A DNA stretch of 55,383 nt, the filler included, from Basidioascus undulatus (taxonomy: Eukaryota): NCBI GenBank assembly GCA_000826855.1. It is 4 parts of 4 records of this genome, joined end to end, with 100 filler letters (N's around TTAATTAATTAA, not from the genome) between each part and the next. Parts side by side here need not be neighbours in the genome. Positions count along the whole stretch, not along the records: positions 26,011 to 42,389 come from JTLS01000865.1; positions 42,490 to 55,383 come from JTLS01000866.1; 2 more parts are not named here. One strand, written 5' to 3'. The notes below the pieces were generated by a model. The model worked only from the letters and a program-made list of their open reading frames with translations. It was not told where the DNA came from and ran no database searches. Numbering within the stretch: position 1 is the stretch's first letter; every line of letters starts with the position of its first letter. Shown in pieces: positions 41,540 through 52,205 of this stretch. The position numbers were made by a program, and so were the translations under genes.

Positions 41540-42363
41540 AGTCGGCTGTGACTGGGCGGAATACGAGCCTTTGGGATCTAGCTTTGTGCTGGCCTACTGC
41601 TATTGTAAAGAAAATGCATCGTACCTCCTGATTTGCATTCAACCAGAAGGGACTTCGGGAGGGTGGCCCCATCACCTGACATTTCCCCATGTTCCCCTCT
41701 CCCGGCAGAACGGACGTAACAATCCCCACGAAAGCGAGCTCCGCTCAGCCCACAAGTCATGCTTCACCTTCACGACGCTTTCGAGCGCCCGAACGGCCGA
41801 AGAGGCCTGCCGCCCGCTCGATGGGAAGAGCTTCGGCGGGGCGAGAATTGTCGTGCGCCTCGCGCTCCCCCATGCCAGTGGGCAGATCAGTCCGCAAGAG
41901 AGCTACGACGCAGGGAGGAGAGGGGCAGGCGGCGCTCGCCTACTCCCGAGGGCAGGCGGAAGCGCAGCCCGATCACTTTCGGGAGACGGTCGCGCTCGCG
42001 CATCCCTATCAAGTTCAGGCGGCGCACCCGCACCCGGGAGATCAGAAAGCGTTCCCGCAGCCCCCTCGCATTCGGGCGGCGCTCGCGCTCTCGCAGCGTG
42101 ATTGAGCTCGGTAGGCGCCCGCGTTCCCCCCCGCCCCGGCCCTCCGTCGTGACTCGGGCGCTACGACTACTACTGAGGGGGACGGTGGAGGAGCAGACAA
42201 GTCGGCCGAGTACTACAAGTACCTTGCGCTCCGCTAGCGCAAGCGCGCACAAGATTTGGAGGGGGACTTGAAGAAGGCGCAGGGGGAGCTGGAGCGCTTA
42301 AGGTGGGAGGTGGAGCGGGTGAGGCAGCAGAGAGATGGGGAAGGAGATCGGAGAGAGAATTGA
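41540..42363 (+). pseudogene. RRM-like + RS-rich + coiled-coil gene, copy 2 (frameshifts, in-frame TAG; start not defined)
   Basis: CFTFTTLSSARTAEEACRPLDGKSFGGARIVVRLA (RRM C-half), RRRSPTP...RRSRSR...RKRSRSP...RRSRSRS, YYKYLALR*RKRAQDLEGDLKKAQGELERLR. Confidence 0.62.
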
Positions 42364-42389
42364 GGTAGAGAAGGGCAGAAAGAGGGAGA

Positions 42390-42489
42390 NNNNNNNNNNN
42401 NNNNNNNNNNNNNNNNNNNNNNNNNNNNNNNNNTTAATTAATTAANNNNNNNNNNNNNNNNNNNNNNNNNNNNNNNNNNNNNNNNNNNN
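42390..42489. other. Assembly gap with artificial six-frame stop linker
   Basis: 44 N + TTAATTAATTAA (42434-42445) + 44 N. Confidence 0.97.
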
Positions 42490-42569
42490 TCTGGCCGGGA
42501 ATTGAACCCGGGTCGCCCGCGGTCAGGTTGAATGACAAGCGGATATACTAGCCACTATACTACCAAAGA
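42490..42569 (-). tRNA. tRNA-Asp(GTC) with 11-nt intron; last bases of the acceptor stem lost in the gap
   Basis: Minus strand TCTTTGG TAGTATAGTGGCTAGTATA TCCGC TT GTC A [TTCAACCTGAC] C GCGGG CGAC CCGGG TTCAATT CCCGG CCAGA..; intron at the canonical 37/38 position (42522-42532). Confidence 0.93.
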
Positions 42570-43530
42570 TCGATGTTTTTATGACACCGTTGATTTCCTC
42601 GACGCTACGGATGACGACTGGCTTGGGAGAGTGCCGAACGTCTTCGCTCACAGCTGATACGGTGAAAGGGACGATCAAACGTACCATACGAATGAATGGA
42701 TCCTGAACTAACTTCCTAACTGCCCTGAACTCTTATAGGTAACCTGACCAGTTTCAGCGATGCTTGGCATCATGCCGCCCAGCATTACGGACTGCAGTTG
42801 GCCTCGCACCGCTGCTATGGCGTATCAGCAGTCTTGAGATGCAAAACAGAGCTCCTGCTTCACGGAATTGGTGTTTCTTCCCTAACGCTTGGCTAGGCAG
42901 ACGCTACGCTTTTGCTGCTTCGCACATCAAGCTACGAGACGCGAGGCTGCAGACTGCTCGGAGCAGCTTGGCTGTCGGAAAATCACAGTTTAAGGAACAG
43001 CGCTGGTGTCTAATAACAAACCGACCCTTCCAAAAATATTTTTGCCCGCAAATTCTATAGAGACATGAACCAACATGAACCAATGTGCTAATTCACCGGC
43101 AAGAGAGCAGACTTCTTTCGGTCCCTGTCCTGGTCATTGTGAATGCGCATGAGCGCGTTGGTTCTTGTGGACAAAATGACATCCAAGGAGGACGTCAAAC
43201 ATTTCACACTTAAGTATGTTGACATACTGGAGCCTTAATACACCAAAGACGTCCACCAGTGACTAATTTGCGTGCGCACTTTGCGCACTCCCTGACTCTG
43301 ACTGCCAATGCAGATTCTCGTTCTGTACGCATCGTCGCCACAGCCGAAGGGTAAATAATCTTGTTCTAGGATCTATACAACCGGCTGAAAAAGACTTGAT
43401 CAAGCCAATCTCCATATCTTCGCGGCTTGCGCTGATGTGCTGCCGGTTTCCTCGGTGTCCTTGCAGGCATTGTGGATGTGTTGTATACTCCAGCAGATAA
43501 CCATAGGTTTCGGACTTTGAAGGAAATAAC

Positions 43531-44940
43531 TTATGAGGACAGTTTTTTAAAACTTTCCATCGACATTCTGCTCCGCAGGCTCACCTTCGTCAGTTGATCC
43601 GTCGACGGTTCAAGTATGCAGAAAGTGTAATTAAGTTGGCACCACTCACATCGCCCCTGCGAATTGGCGGTAGATCTTAGGGTGAAAGCGAAGATCCCCG
43701 ATAAAAGTGTGGAAATGTCGTCCTTGTCGCTGTCACCAATGACGCTGGCAATGGACACGAAGAGCCCGCAGTTGGACAGCACATAAGCCGCGACGGTCAC
43801 CAGCGGCGAGTACAGCGGCACAAGACTGAGGCGCCTGTCTTGTAGGACACTCGAAGATGGTGAAGCCTTGACTGAAACCAGAGCGCAGAGGAGTGAGTTA
43901 CATAGGAACCAGGAGTGGTGTCGGGGAAGAGCGTCAACGACTGACTGAATGCTGCAGCTGCTTATGTGAAGCCCATAGAACTGACGCATGTTGCCCTTCA
44001 TAAAAACAAGGACAGATATCAGGTGAAGAGTGCGTTTCGGTTTTTACGGCCAGAGGCAACGTACCAAGAGAGTATGAATACAGACACAGGCCAAAAAATC
44101 CCGGCCAGAAAGCCGTAGGTGACCATGCCCGACGCCGGGAATAAAATCTGGCACATTTCAGCTCGTCAGTCCAAGGTTTAAACGTTAATGAACAAGAGAA
44201 AGGGTAAGCCTTAGTCAACCCAGGGCACGATTGAGGTATATTTCACTCCTCATGTCTTCGCTCACGACGTTTCCGTGGTCTTCTTGGAAAATTCGGTGAA
44301 CTGGAGCAAGGAATAGGAGTGTCGGAAGGGGTTGAGAAAACCAAAGCTAACAGGAAGTGGAGAACGAAATAATCCCTAGCGCAAGCACGAGAATCCGTTC
44401 GAACGCCGAATGAACCGTGATGAGCCAGCTCGCCGAGCCGACCACAAGGGTGACAAAGATAATCAGAATCACGGCGGCAAAGAGCATTCTGGTGTAAAGG
44501 GCATCGTTTTGAGAGGATGTATAGTACGCTTTAAAGAGCCTGCGCACCGTCTACCACGCTGATTAGGAACGTTGGTTTCTCCCGTTGCGTCCAGCATTTT
44601 CGCCATCTTCTGCTTCTGTGAAGCGCTCTGGAGGCTTTAAGCAAAAATACAGACCAGTAATCCGGACATAGAATTACTAAGGTAGAGTCCTATTTAAATA
44701 CGGACCGCCCAAATGCGACGGATCCTACCAATACCGCGAGCATGACCAGCAGGCGCAGGATGAATGGCCCGAGGAACACGATGGCGTTCCAGCGCATGGA
44801 ATGCCGTCTACAATGAAGGATATGAGGTCAGATACGACATCCGCCGTAGGGTTGGTGAGGGTGGCGTTAAGATCGAGGCTGAGAGAGGCCGAAGCGAGGA
44901 CGCCAGAGATGGAAGTTACGGTAGCGCTGATGACGGACAT
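43531..44940 (-). pseudogene. Degenerate multi-pass membrane protein gene (resembles basidiomycete DUF6534-type proteins)
   Basis: Hydrophobic fragments in several frames: GPFILRLLVMLAVL, AYYTSSQNDALYTRMLFAAVILIIFVTLVV, FYSRRRAW, FLCNSLLCALVS. Family assignment is from memory only. Confidence 0.35.
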
Positions 44941-46775
44941 CGAGGTAGATTGTCAGAGCACGATAGACGACCACGTCTGAGGAGCGAGCTATTCTATTGT
45001 CAGCTGAACCTCCTTTCAGAGCTGACCCTTTTAGCATGCCTGGCAACGCGCGGGGAGCAGAAGCGGATAAGACCTTGAGGCATTTCCAGAGTTTCCAAGC
45101 TGCAAGATGAGTGCAACTGCATGATGCGGATTAGCACCAGCTGTATCAGGTTACAACGTGGCGCGAGCTTTGTGGACGACTCGGTTAGTCGTGAATGAAC
45201 CCCCGCTGTCCGGCGGGGCAAGGCGCGATCTGAAATGAGGCAGGGAATGGGAAATGACTTTTCGGAAAGGAGATAGTGTAACAACCCATATGGAGTACGA
45301 AGCAATCGTGAGCTGATCCTCGTCACAGCTCGACGCGGATCCATGGGCCAAATATTGCCCCGAAGACCGGAATGAATTGTAGAATACTCGCGTGTGCATC
45401 GGTGGCATGGGTTTGCAGGTTTGAAAGGACGCATTCTCGGGTCCCTGTGAGGGGGCAAAAGGCTTTTTAGGTTTGGAGGACGAGTAATCGTGTGGCTGAG
45501 CCCGGGCTCGGACAGTTTCAGGTTGAACCTCAACGACATTCTGAGGCCGTCACAGATCAGTTTCTCTCAACGCGACAGTTTGCTCCAACCAATGGAACAA
45601 CATCAACTTGATTCATAGTGAAAATTGCAAGCCAAGTTGTAGGTGCCGTGTCCGACCATCCCTGCGCACACACACTGCCGCTGCTGCTCAAGCAGCTCAG
45701 GGAGACTGCTTTATCAGACCCTTCGCCGCTTGGGACAGGTCGAGCCACTGTTTGGAGATGCAATGAGGGGCACATATTTCTGACAGTTATCTTCGGGTAT
45801 TAGTGGTCTGTCCTGAGCGGCGAGGAGTTTGATGAAGCAGTCTACAGCTCAGGTCAGTGCAAGGCGAGTACGTGCGACCCACCTTCTCGCGTTCGACAAC
45901 AGCTGGCCAAGCCTCGGCACATGCGAAGAGAGCACGAAAGCGGACCGTTAAACTCAGAGACGAGAACGCTTGAGTACCACGAGCACTACGGCTGAATGGA
46001 GCGAACAGGAACGGGAAGGCGGGTAGGTTCAAGGCAGAAGGGACGATCTTAAGCGATAGCGACATCGCCCAAGGCAGACTTGCATGAAGGCAACACAATC
46101 AATTTAAAAGGTATTATTACAGATGCAAAGATGTTCCGTGCCCCACCGAACCTCCTCCGATTCCCAAGAGGAGCAGAGGCGGCTCCCTGCCCGTCTGAGC
46201 GGGTATCAAACCGCCCGCGAGCAGGGACCGATGGGGCGCGGGTGCCGTTCTCGCGCCCTGCAACCTTGAACGCCCCGCGTGGACAGAGAAAGCGCGAGGA
46301 GCTCTACACAAATGAGCGCACAATTGAAAGAAAAAGAAGGAAAGAAAGGGAGGAGGAGGGGAAAAGGACGACGCTCGAGCGACCGGCCCTGAAGCCCGCG
46401 GTGTCGGACTTACCGAATTCTTTGGATATCGGCCATTCGCGCGCACACCCAAGCCGGGCAAAAAAGACAAGTGGAATCCAGCTTACCCTCGGTACTCCGT
46501 CCTCAAGAAAAGCACCGTACGTCGTTCATCGTGGGTGATGCTGCTGGGAGCGCGCACGATGGGAGCGATATGCTGACATTTGCGATCCGCATATTCCCCT
46601 GACTCTCTCACGCGACTCACGACAAATCTGCACTGCGCCTGCCCTGACCGCGGCGTCTTCCCTCTCCCCCTGCCGACCTCTGCCCCCCGCGCCCGCCCTT
46701 TGTCCTCTTCTCTTTCACCCCCTCTCCTCCTAAATCGACCATCCGACGCGCTCTGCGTTGATTCGATATCCGCAG

Positions 46776-47830
46776 ATGGGCCGCTTCACCGAGTACCAGG
46801 TCATTGGCCGCAAGCTGCCGAGCGAGGCGGAGCCCGCCCCCAAGCTCTACCGCATGTGAGTCGGGCTCACCACGGCAGCTGAGCACTGTGTGGGGACGAG
46901 CGCAACGGGGCGTAGGGATGGATTAATCAGGCTGCGGAAAGGGAGGAGTGCGGGCGGGGCCACGGAGGGAACACTGGCCGCGCAGGGCGGGCGGGCAGAC
47001 CAGGCGGTGCAGGTCTTCTCGGCGATCGCAGCCGTCAGCTCGCTCGCTACTATTTTCGATCATCCCCCTCTCGCTCAATCCGATATCCCTCACGACACTC
47101 TTCGAACATCCAGGGACAAATTCGCTGACCTCGTACCACCCCGGCTCTTGTCAGGCGTATCTTCGCGCCGAACGACGTCGTCGCGAAGTCCCGCTTCTGG
47201 TACTTCCTTGCTAAGCTCCGCAAGGTCAAGAAGGCCGCGGGCGAGATCGTCTCGCTCAACGTCGTACGTGTTGGCTCCCCTCCCACGTCCCCCATTGTCA
47301 CACCCGCAACCCTCCCTGCTCCTACCGCGCCCTCTCGCATTCCCATCGCCGGCACGCCCTGCTGACCGCCGTGGTGAACCGCTGTAGATCTCGGAGAAGA
47401 AGCCGCTGAAGGTCAAGAACTTCGGCATCTGGCTCCGGTACGACTCGCGCTCCGGCACGCACAACATGTACAAGGAGTTCCGCGAGCTCTCCCGTGCGGC
47501 CGCCGTCGAGTCCCTCTACCAGGACATGGCCGCCCGTCACCGTGCCCGCTTCCGCTCGGTCCACATCCTCCGCGTCGCTGAGGTCGAGAAGACCGACGAC
47601 ATCCGCCGTCCGTGCGTCTACTCTCCTCCCTTCCTCCAGCTCCCCACCCTCCTTTCCGACCGCCCTTCGCCCGCTGTTCCCCTGCGTTCGCCCGGTTACT
47701 CAATTCCGATCCGGTGCTCCACAGGTACATCAAGCAGCTCCTGCAGAAGGACCTCAAGTTCCCGCTCCCCCACCGCCGCGTCAAGGCGCGCAGCTGGGTC
47801 GCCGCCAAGCGCCCCTCGACCTGGGCGTAA
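46776..47830 (+). CDS. RPL20: 60S ribosomal protein L20 (eL20/L18a); 5'-UTR intron 46517-46775 ends immediately before the ATG
   Basis: [15 protein letters not shown]...[23 protein letters not shown]...[36 protein letters not shown]...[10 protein letters not shown]...FPLPHR. Confidence 0.98.
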
Positions 47831-48336
47831 ACTGTGGGCGGGTGGACGTACGACGACGGGGTACTGCGCTTGCTGTGGTTGTGTGCGATCGATCTCCCCA
47901 TGGGCTCCGCGGGGCCGGCCTTCCCGATTGTATGCTGCTTTTCTTCACGCGCCATGTCTGCATGAGAGGACTCGCGTGCTGGTGTGCTACAGAGCGGCTG
48001 GGCTGTTGAGAAGGCATGGATGGGCCTGAATGCTGGTAGTGTTGTTTTGTCAAGCCAATAGGTGCTGATGCTCGGGATCGACTGCGAGTCCTGTAAGGGA
48101 GTCATGGGTCTCCTTGGGGTTGCATCGCATAGGGGTCTAGACTGCGAGCCAACTGCTGTGTGGTAGTCTCGCCATGGAATTCTCACTTTATCGCGAGTTG
48201 CACAACACGGACGTATGTACGTATAGACCGCTCTCTAACCCTCTTCCTTTCAAGCTCTACGCAGCTCCAACGTCACTCCATCCTTCTGCCCGCTCCACCA
48301 CCTGCGAACACGCCCGAATTGAAAGCAACCCGACAC

Positions 48337-48665
48337 ATGAGCCTCACGTCCCTCCCCTCGACGCCCTGTTGCCCATCCTTCACCGCCTCGACGGACGCTC
48401 TCCCACCCATCTCGGCGCCACGTGCACACGCCTTCGCGGTGCCGTTTCGCACAACTTGTTCTCCATCCTCACAAATAGCCTTGATTCTTCCATCGCACCC
48501 TATTCGGGAAAAGTCGATTCGCGCTTCGGAGATGTGGCCGACCTGGTCGTTGATGCCGATGGGGATGGGGAGAAGCTATTCCTCCGCGATCACCTCCGGT
48601 CCGCAGGAGGGGCCCTCCTAGATCTGGGCTATTTACCGGCTCGTACTGTACAGAAGGTTTCGTGA
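48337..48665 (+). pseudogene. F-box gene 5' fragment (frameshifted, truncated)
   Basis: MSLTSLP followed, after a 1-nt shift, by LDALLPILHRLDGRSPTHLGATCTRLRGAVSHNLFS, an F-box pattern. Confidence 0.55.
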
Positions 48666-49059
48666 ATTCATGTCCTCGTTTTCTTCTACGCTGAGGATGG
48701 TTGTCTTCGGGGCAGTTGCATCCAGACACCGCGACTCTGTGGTGCGAATGCACCAGCCACCTTGTGGGGCATCACGAACAACGCAGAAACAAGAAATAAG
48801 TCTTAAGTCAGTAAAGTAATCTGTATTTGGCTTGATTAATTCCTCCTCCGAGAGGACCGCCCCAAGCAGCCGAGTTGGACGTCTCGCCCGTCCAGACGTC
48901 GTCCTACGGGTCTTCATGTCATGGCCCTGCACAGCTAACCGTACCGATTTCAAAAAAGAACGAGTTATTTCAGTGAAAATATAAAGTCTCAAACCTGTCA
49001 GTGCGGTTCGCGACTTCAAAACAAGTAAGTCCAGTGCTCGGAGCTCATGCCCTCGCACC

Positions 49060-50640
49060 TCGCCAATCTTTCATTGAGTTCGTTCAAAGGTAGCATGCCC
49101 TCCAATCTTGACCTTGTATGGCCCTCCGTGATTGAGCGGTTGGCAGTGGTACAGACGACAGATGTAGATGCATCATCGGAACGACAGCCATCGGTGTCAA
49201 TATTCGCATGCGCACTTCACATCAGCGCCATTCTTCACCTCCAGGAAGAATGAGGAGTAAACATTGGACTATTTGGGAGGCAAAAAATTCCGGGTGACAC
49301 GGCTGAGCAGAGGAAGGCGCGCTGCCAGCTCCTCCACGGCGTGAATGCGCAGCGCCTTGCCGTGCTCCGCGCGCAGGTCCTCAAGATCAACCGATTGACC
49401 TTGAGTATCGAACATATCAGGATCGAAGATTTTTGGGAGATCTCCCGGATGCTGCAGATTTGGGTCGAGACTCTCGAGCTGCATCGCCAGGGCACACGCG
49501 TCCACGAAGGATGCCTTGCAGCGACAAAGTGTTGACACATCAGTTGCGAGAGTGTCCAGAGCTATGCTCAGCAGAAAAAGGCGCTCACAGTCCAAACGGG
49601 ACGGGTCTCAATGCAGTTTAAAGAACCGTTCCTGAGGTTCGGGCAGCAGCGCATGATCGTCTCGAAGTCGTTGATCTCGAAGTAAAAGTCAAGTCGCGGA
49701 GCAGTGACGGACAAGGAACGCCTGTCAGTATGTCCGCGACGATCGAGAATCTGCTGAACTCAAACTATAGGCGCTCCAGATTGCTGAGTGAGGCAACAGC
49801 TCGCCTCCAAGCTGGCACTCCTGCAAAGTGAGCGAGCGCAGGGATAGGAAGGATGCAGAGTGGGTGGCAGCCTCTTCGGGGGACAGGGACCCCGATAGAG
49901 ATAGAGAATCACTGGACACGGTCAGATTCGCCAGGCTGCGAAGCGTCTGGTCCAGGATCATATAATACGGGGGACTGCGATCTCCGCAAAGCAAGTGCAC
50001 GCTGAGGTCCAACCTCGTCAGAGTCGACGCGTTACGCTCCACGAGGTCGTGGGCTAGTAGCTGCACGGCGCTCCTCGCTGCGTGCTGCAGGGTTCCCTAG
50101 ATCGAAAATCAAAGGAAGTCGATGAGAAAGGGTCGTCAATCCTGTGATGCCCATGAACGAGCGAGGCAACCCAGCGAGGGTGGTGCCAAGCGTAGACAGC
50201 TCCTAAGCATCGAGGGCGAAGTTTATTGGGAAGCTGAGAGATACGTGCTGAAGGTGAGGGAGCTTCAAAATCAAGTCACACAGGGCGGTAAGTGGGTTTA
50301 TGAAGGGCCAATCGTCCTCGTTCGTCTCGCCGAAGCCATAGCCCCAGATGTCGGATGTCGAGAGGTCGCAATTGAAGCATCTGTAATGGATGATCCAGGG
50401 CGAAAGACATACCGAACGACGCTTGCTAGGGCCGTGTTTGCTGTCAACCACCGCGAACTCCCACACGAGGAGGGATACGTGCGAACGCCGTGTCGGAAGA
50501 CTTTCAGCTGCAGGGAAGCGCGGAGCCCGAAAGATGGAGGATGGGAGAGCTTTGAGCGCCTCGCGACTACAGAAGGAGTCAATCTCCTGGAGTAGCTTGT
50601 TCGGGACGCCGTCGTCGAAAGACGAACGCGGGGCCGCAGG
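49060..50640 (-). pseudogene. F-box-like / RNI-like LRR pseudogene
   Basis: VPNKLLQEIDSFCSREALKAL (F-box-like), LILKLPHLQHVSLSF, NASTLTRLDLS, FLSLRSLTLQEC, RCCPNLR and LAARLPLLSRV across shifted frames; in-frame TAG at 50203-50205. Boundaries approximate. Confidence 0.6.
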
Positions 50641-51991
50641 GGGCGACTGGCTGTGAGCGGAGGCGATGAGAAGACCGTTGTGCGTGTCAAAGTGCGAAGT
50701 TTCTTTGAGCGGAGAGAGTGTCGGGGCAAGGGTCAGTCGTTATCTAGATGGCGGTGGGAGGGAAAAGACGCGGCGGCGATGCGGGAGCTCTCGATCTCCC
50801 AGCTTCCTCGGCCCTCTGCACGGTCATGGGCTTTGGTATCTATCTTCCTGACCAAGCATGGACATTGTTTAGGGCTTTGTTGGACAGTACTTTGGATAAA
50901 CGTGACGGATACGTGAGTACTGCATCAGTGCAGCCCAACTTCTCATAGGGCCAGCGGCGACCTTCAAGGCATGACTCTTTTATCTCTGTTTAACGAGAGT
51001 CGTTCGGGTCAGACAGCAGCTTCTATCACTGACTGGTGAACGATGGGCTCTGCTCGGTCATGGTCACTGGGATGGGTCGCATCCACTCAGGCATCTGCAG
51101 GCCTACCGGCGAGAAGCTGTGAAGACAGCCTGGGGACTGTTGCCTCCGGTGTCTAAGTAATATCTCCAGGAATTGCCGCAGAACCAAGCCTTGAGCTGTA
51201 CATACTAGCTTGGATATCAGAGGCAGAAAGCCCAGATCTGTCGTCGAAAGTCAGGAGGACCGCGCGGACCAGTCCGTGCGGCTAGTGCCGCTCATGAACC
51301 ACCTGCGTGTCTCTGATAACGAATCTATGTCTATAAATATAGGAGCTTACAAGAAACCTGGTTCCATCTGTCCTTGGGGTCTGTGAACCATCCACGGCCG
51401 ACTTCCCCTGGGACGAAGCAGCTTGTTAGGCTCTGTGGCAGCGCTCGAGGCTCGAGCAGACTGAACGTGCAACAAGTCGAGGCTACTAGCGGTCGATGCT
51501 AACCAAATTCATCCTCCCTGAGATTTTCTAAGATACTTCCAGTTTAGGTATGCCTCGTTCATTTAAGCCTGCAGTCTGCAGGCAAGGCAGAGCGCTGCCG
51601 CACAGTGATGTTGCATGCATCTTTCCGGCTACGGCCCAGACTTTCTGTCGCAGTCCCAGTGAGCATAGCTGCTTCGTCTTTGCCTTTCCGGTTTCCACAC
51701 CTCCGTGCGAAAGAACTGCGAGATAAGGAAGAGCGTCCACGTTGGCCGGACTTGCACCTTCCTCGGTCCGTCGCCCGCGGTCGTCAAGGCAACTGGCTGT
51801 GTCTGTGTTACTGCAGCTGCGCTGGCAGTCCGTGCACCACAGTCTAGCTGATCCACATTTAGCACGCCTTTCAGAGTCACCGGACGTTGTGGGGTGCCAA
51901 GAAATATGGGCCGATATTGGACAGAGCGACCTTTCTCAACGAGACGAAGTTTCCAGCTGCACAGCACGGTCTCCACATTTCACGATACCTT

Positions 51992-52032
51992 CCTCCTCGC
52001 AGCCCTCCTCGCAGCCCTCCCTCCTCGCAGCC
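51992..52032. repeat. Short tandem repeat (CCTCCTCGCAGC) x3
   Basis: Three near-adjacent copies of the 12-mer upstream of the transporter gene. Confidence 0.8.
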
Positions 52033-52205
52033 TTCCTCGAACCACAAGCGAATGGGCTGCTTCATCGGCCTGATTCTCTGAGGCTTTCCTTGCTACGATC
52101 TTAACGACCTCACGAACGCAGCTGGTCTGCAAGCCTTAAATCCAGGCTCTCCGGCCCCTTCCTACTTATCACTCGATCGAAATATTCCGCTCGCAGTCGC
52201 ACATC

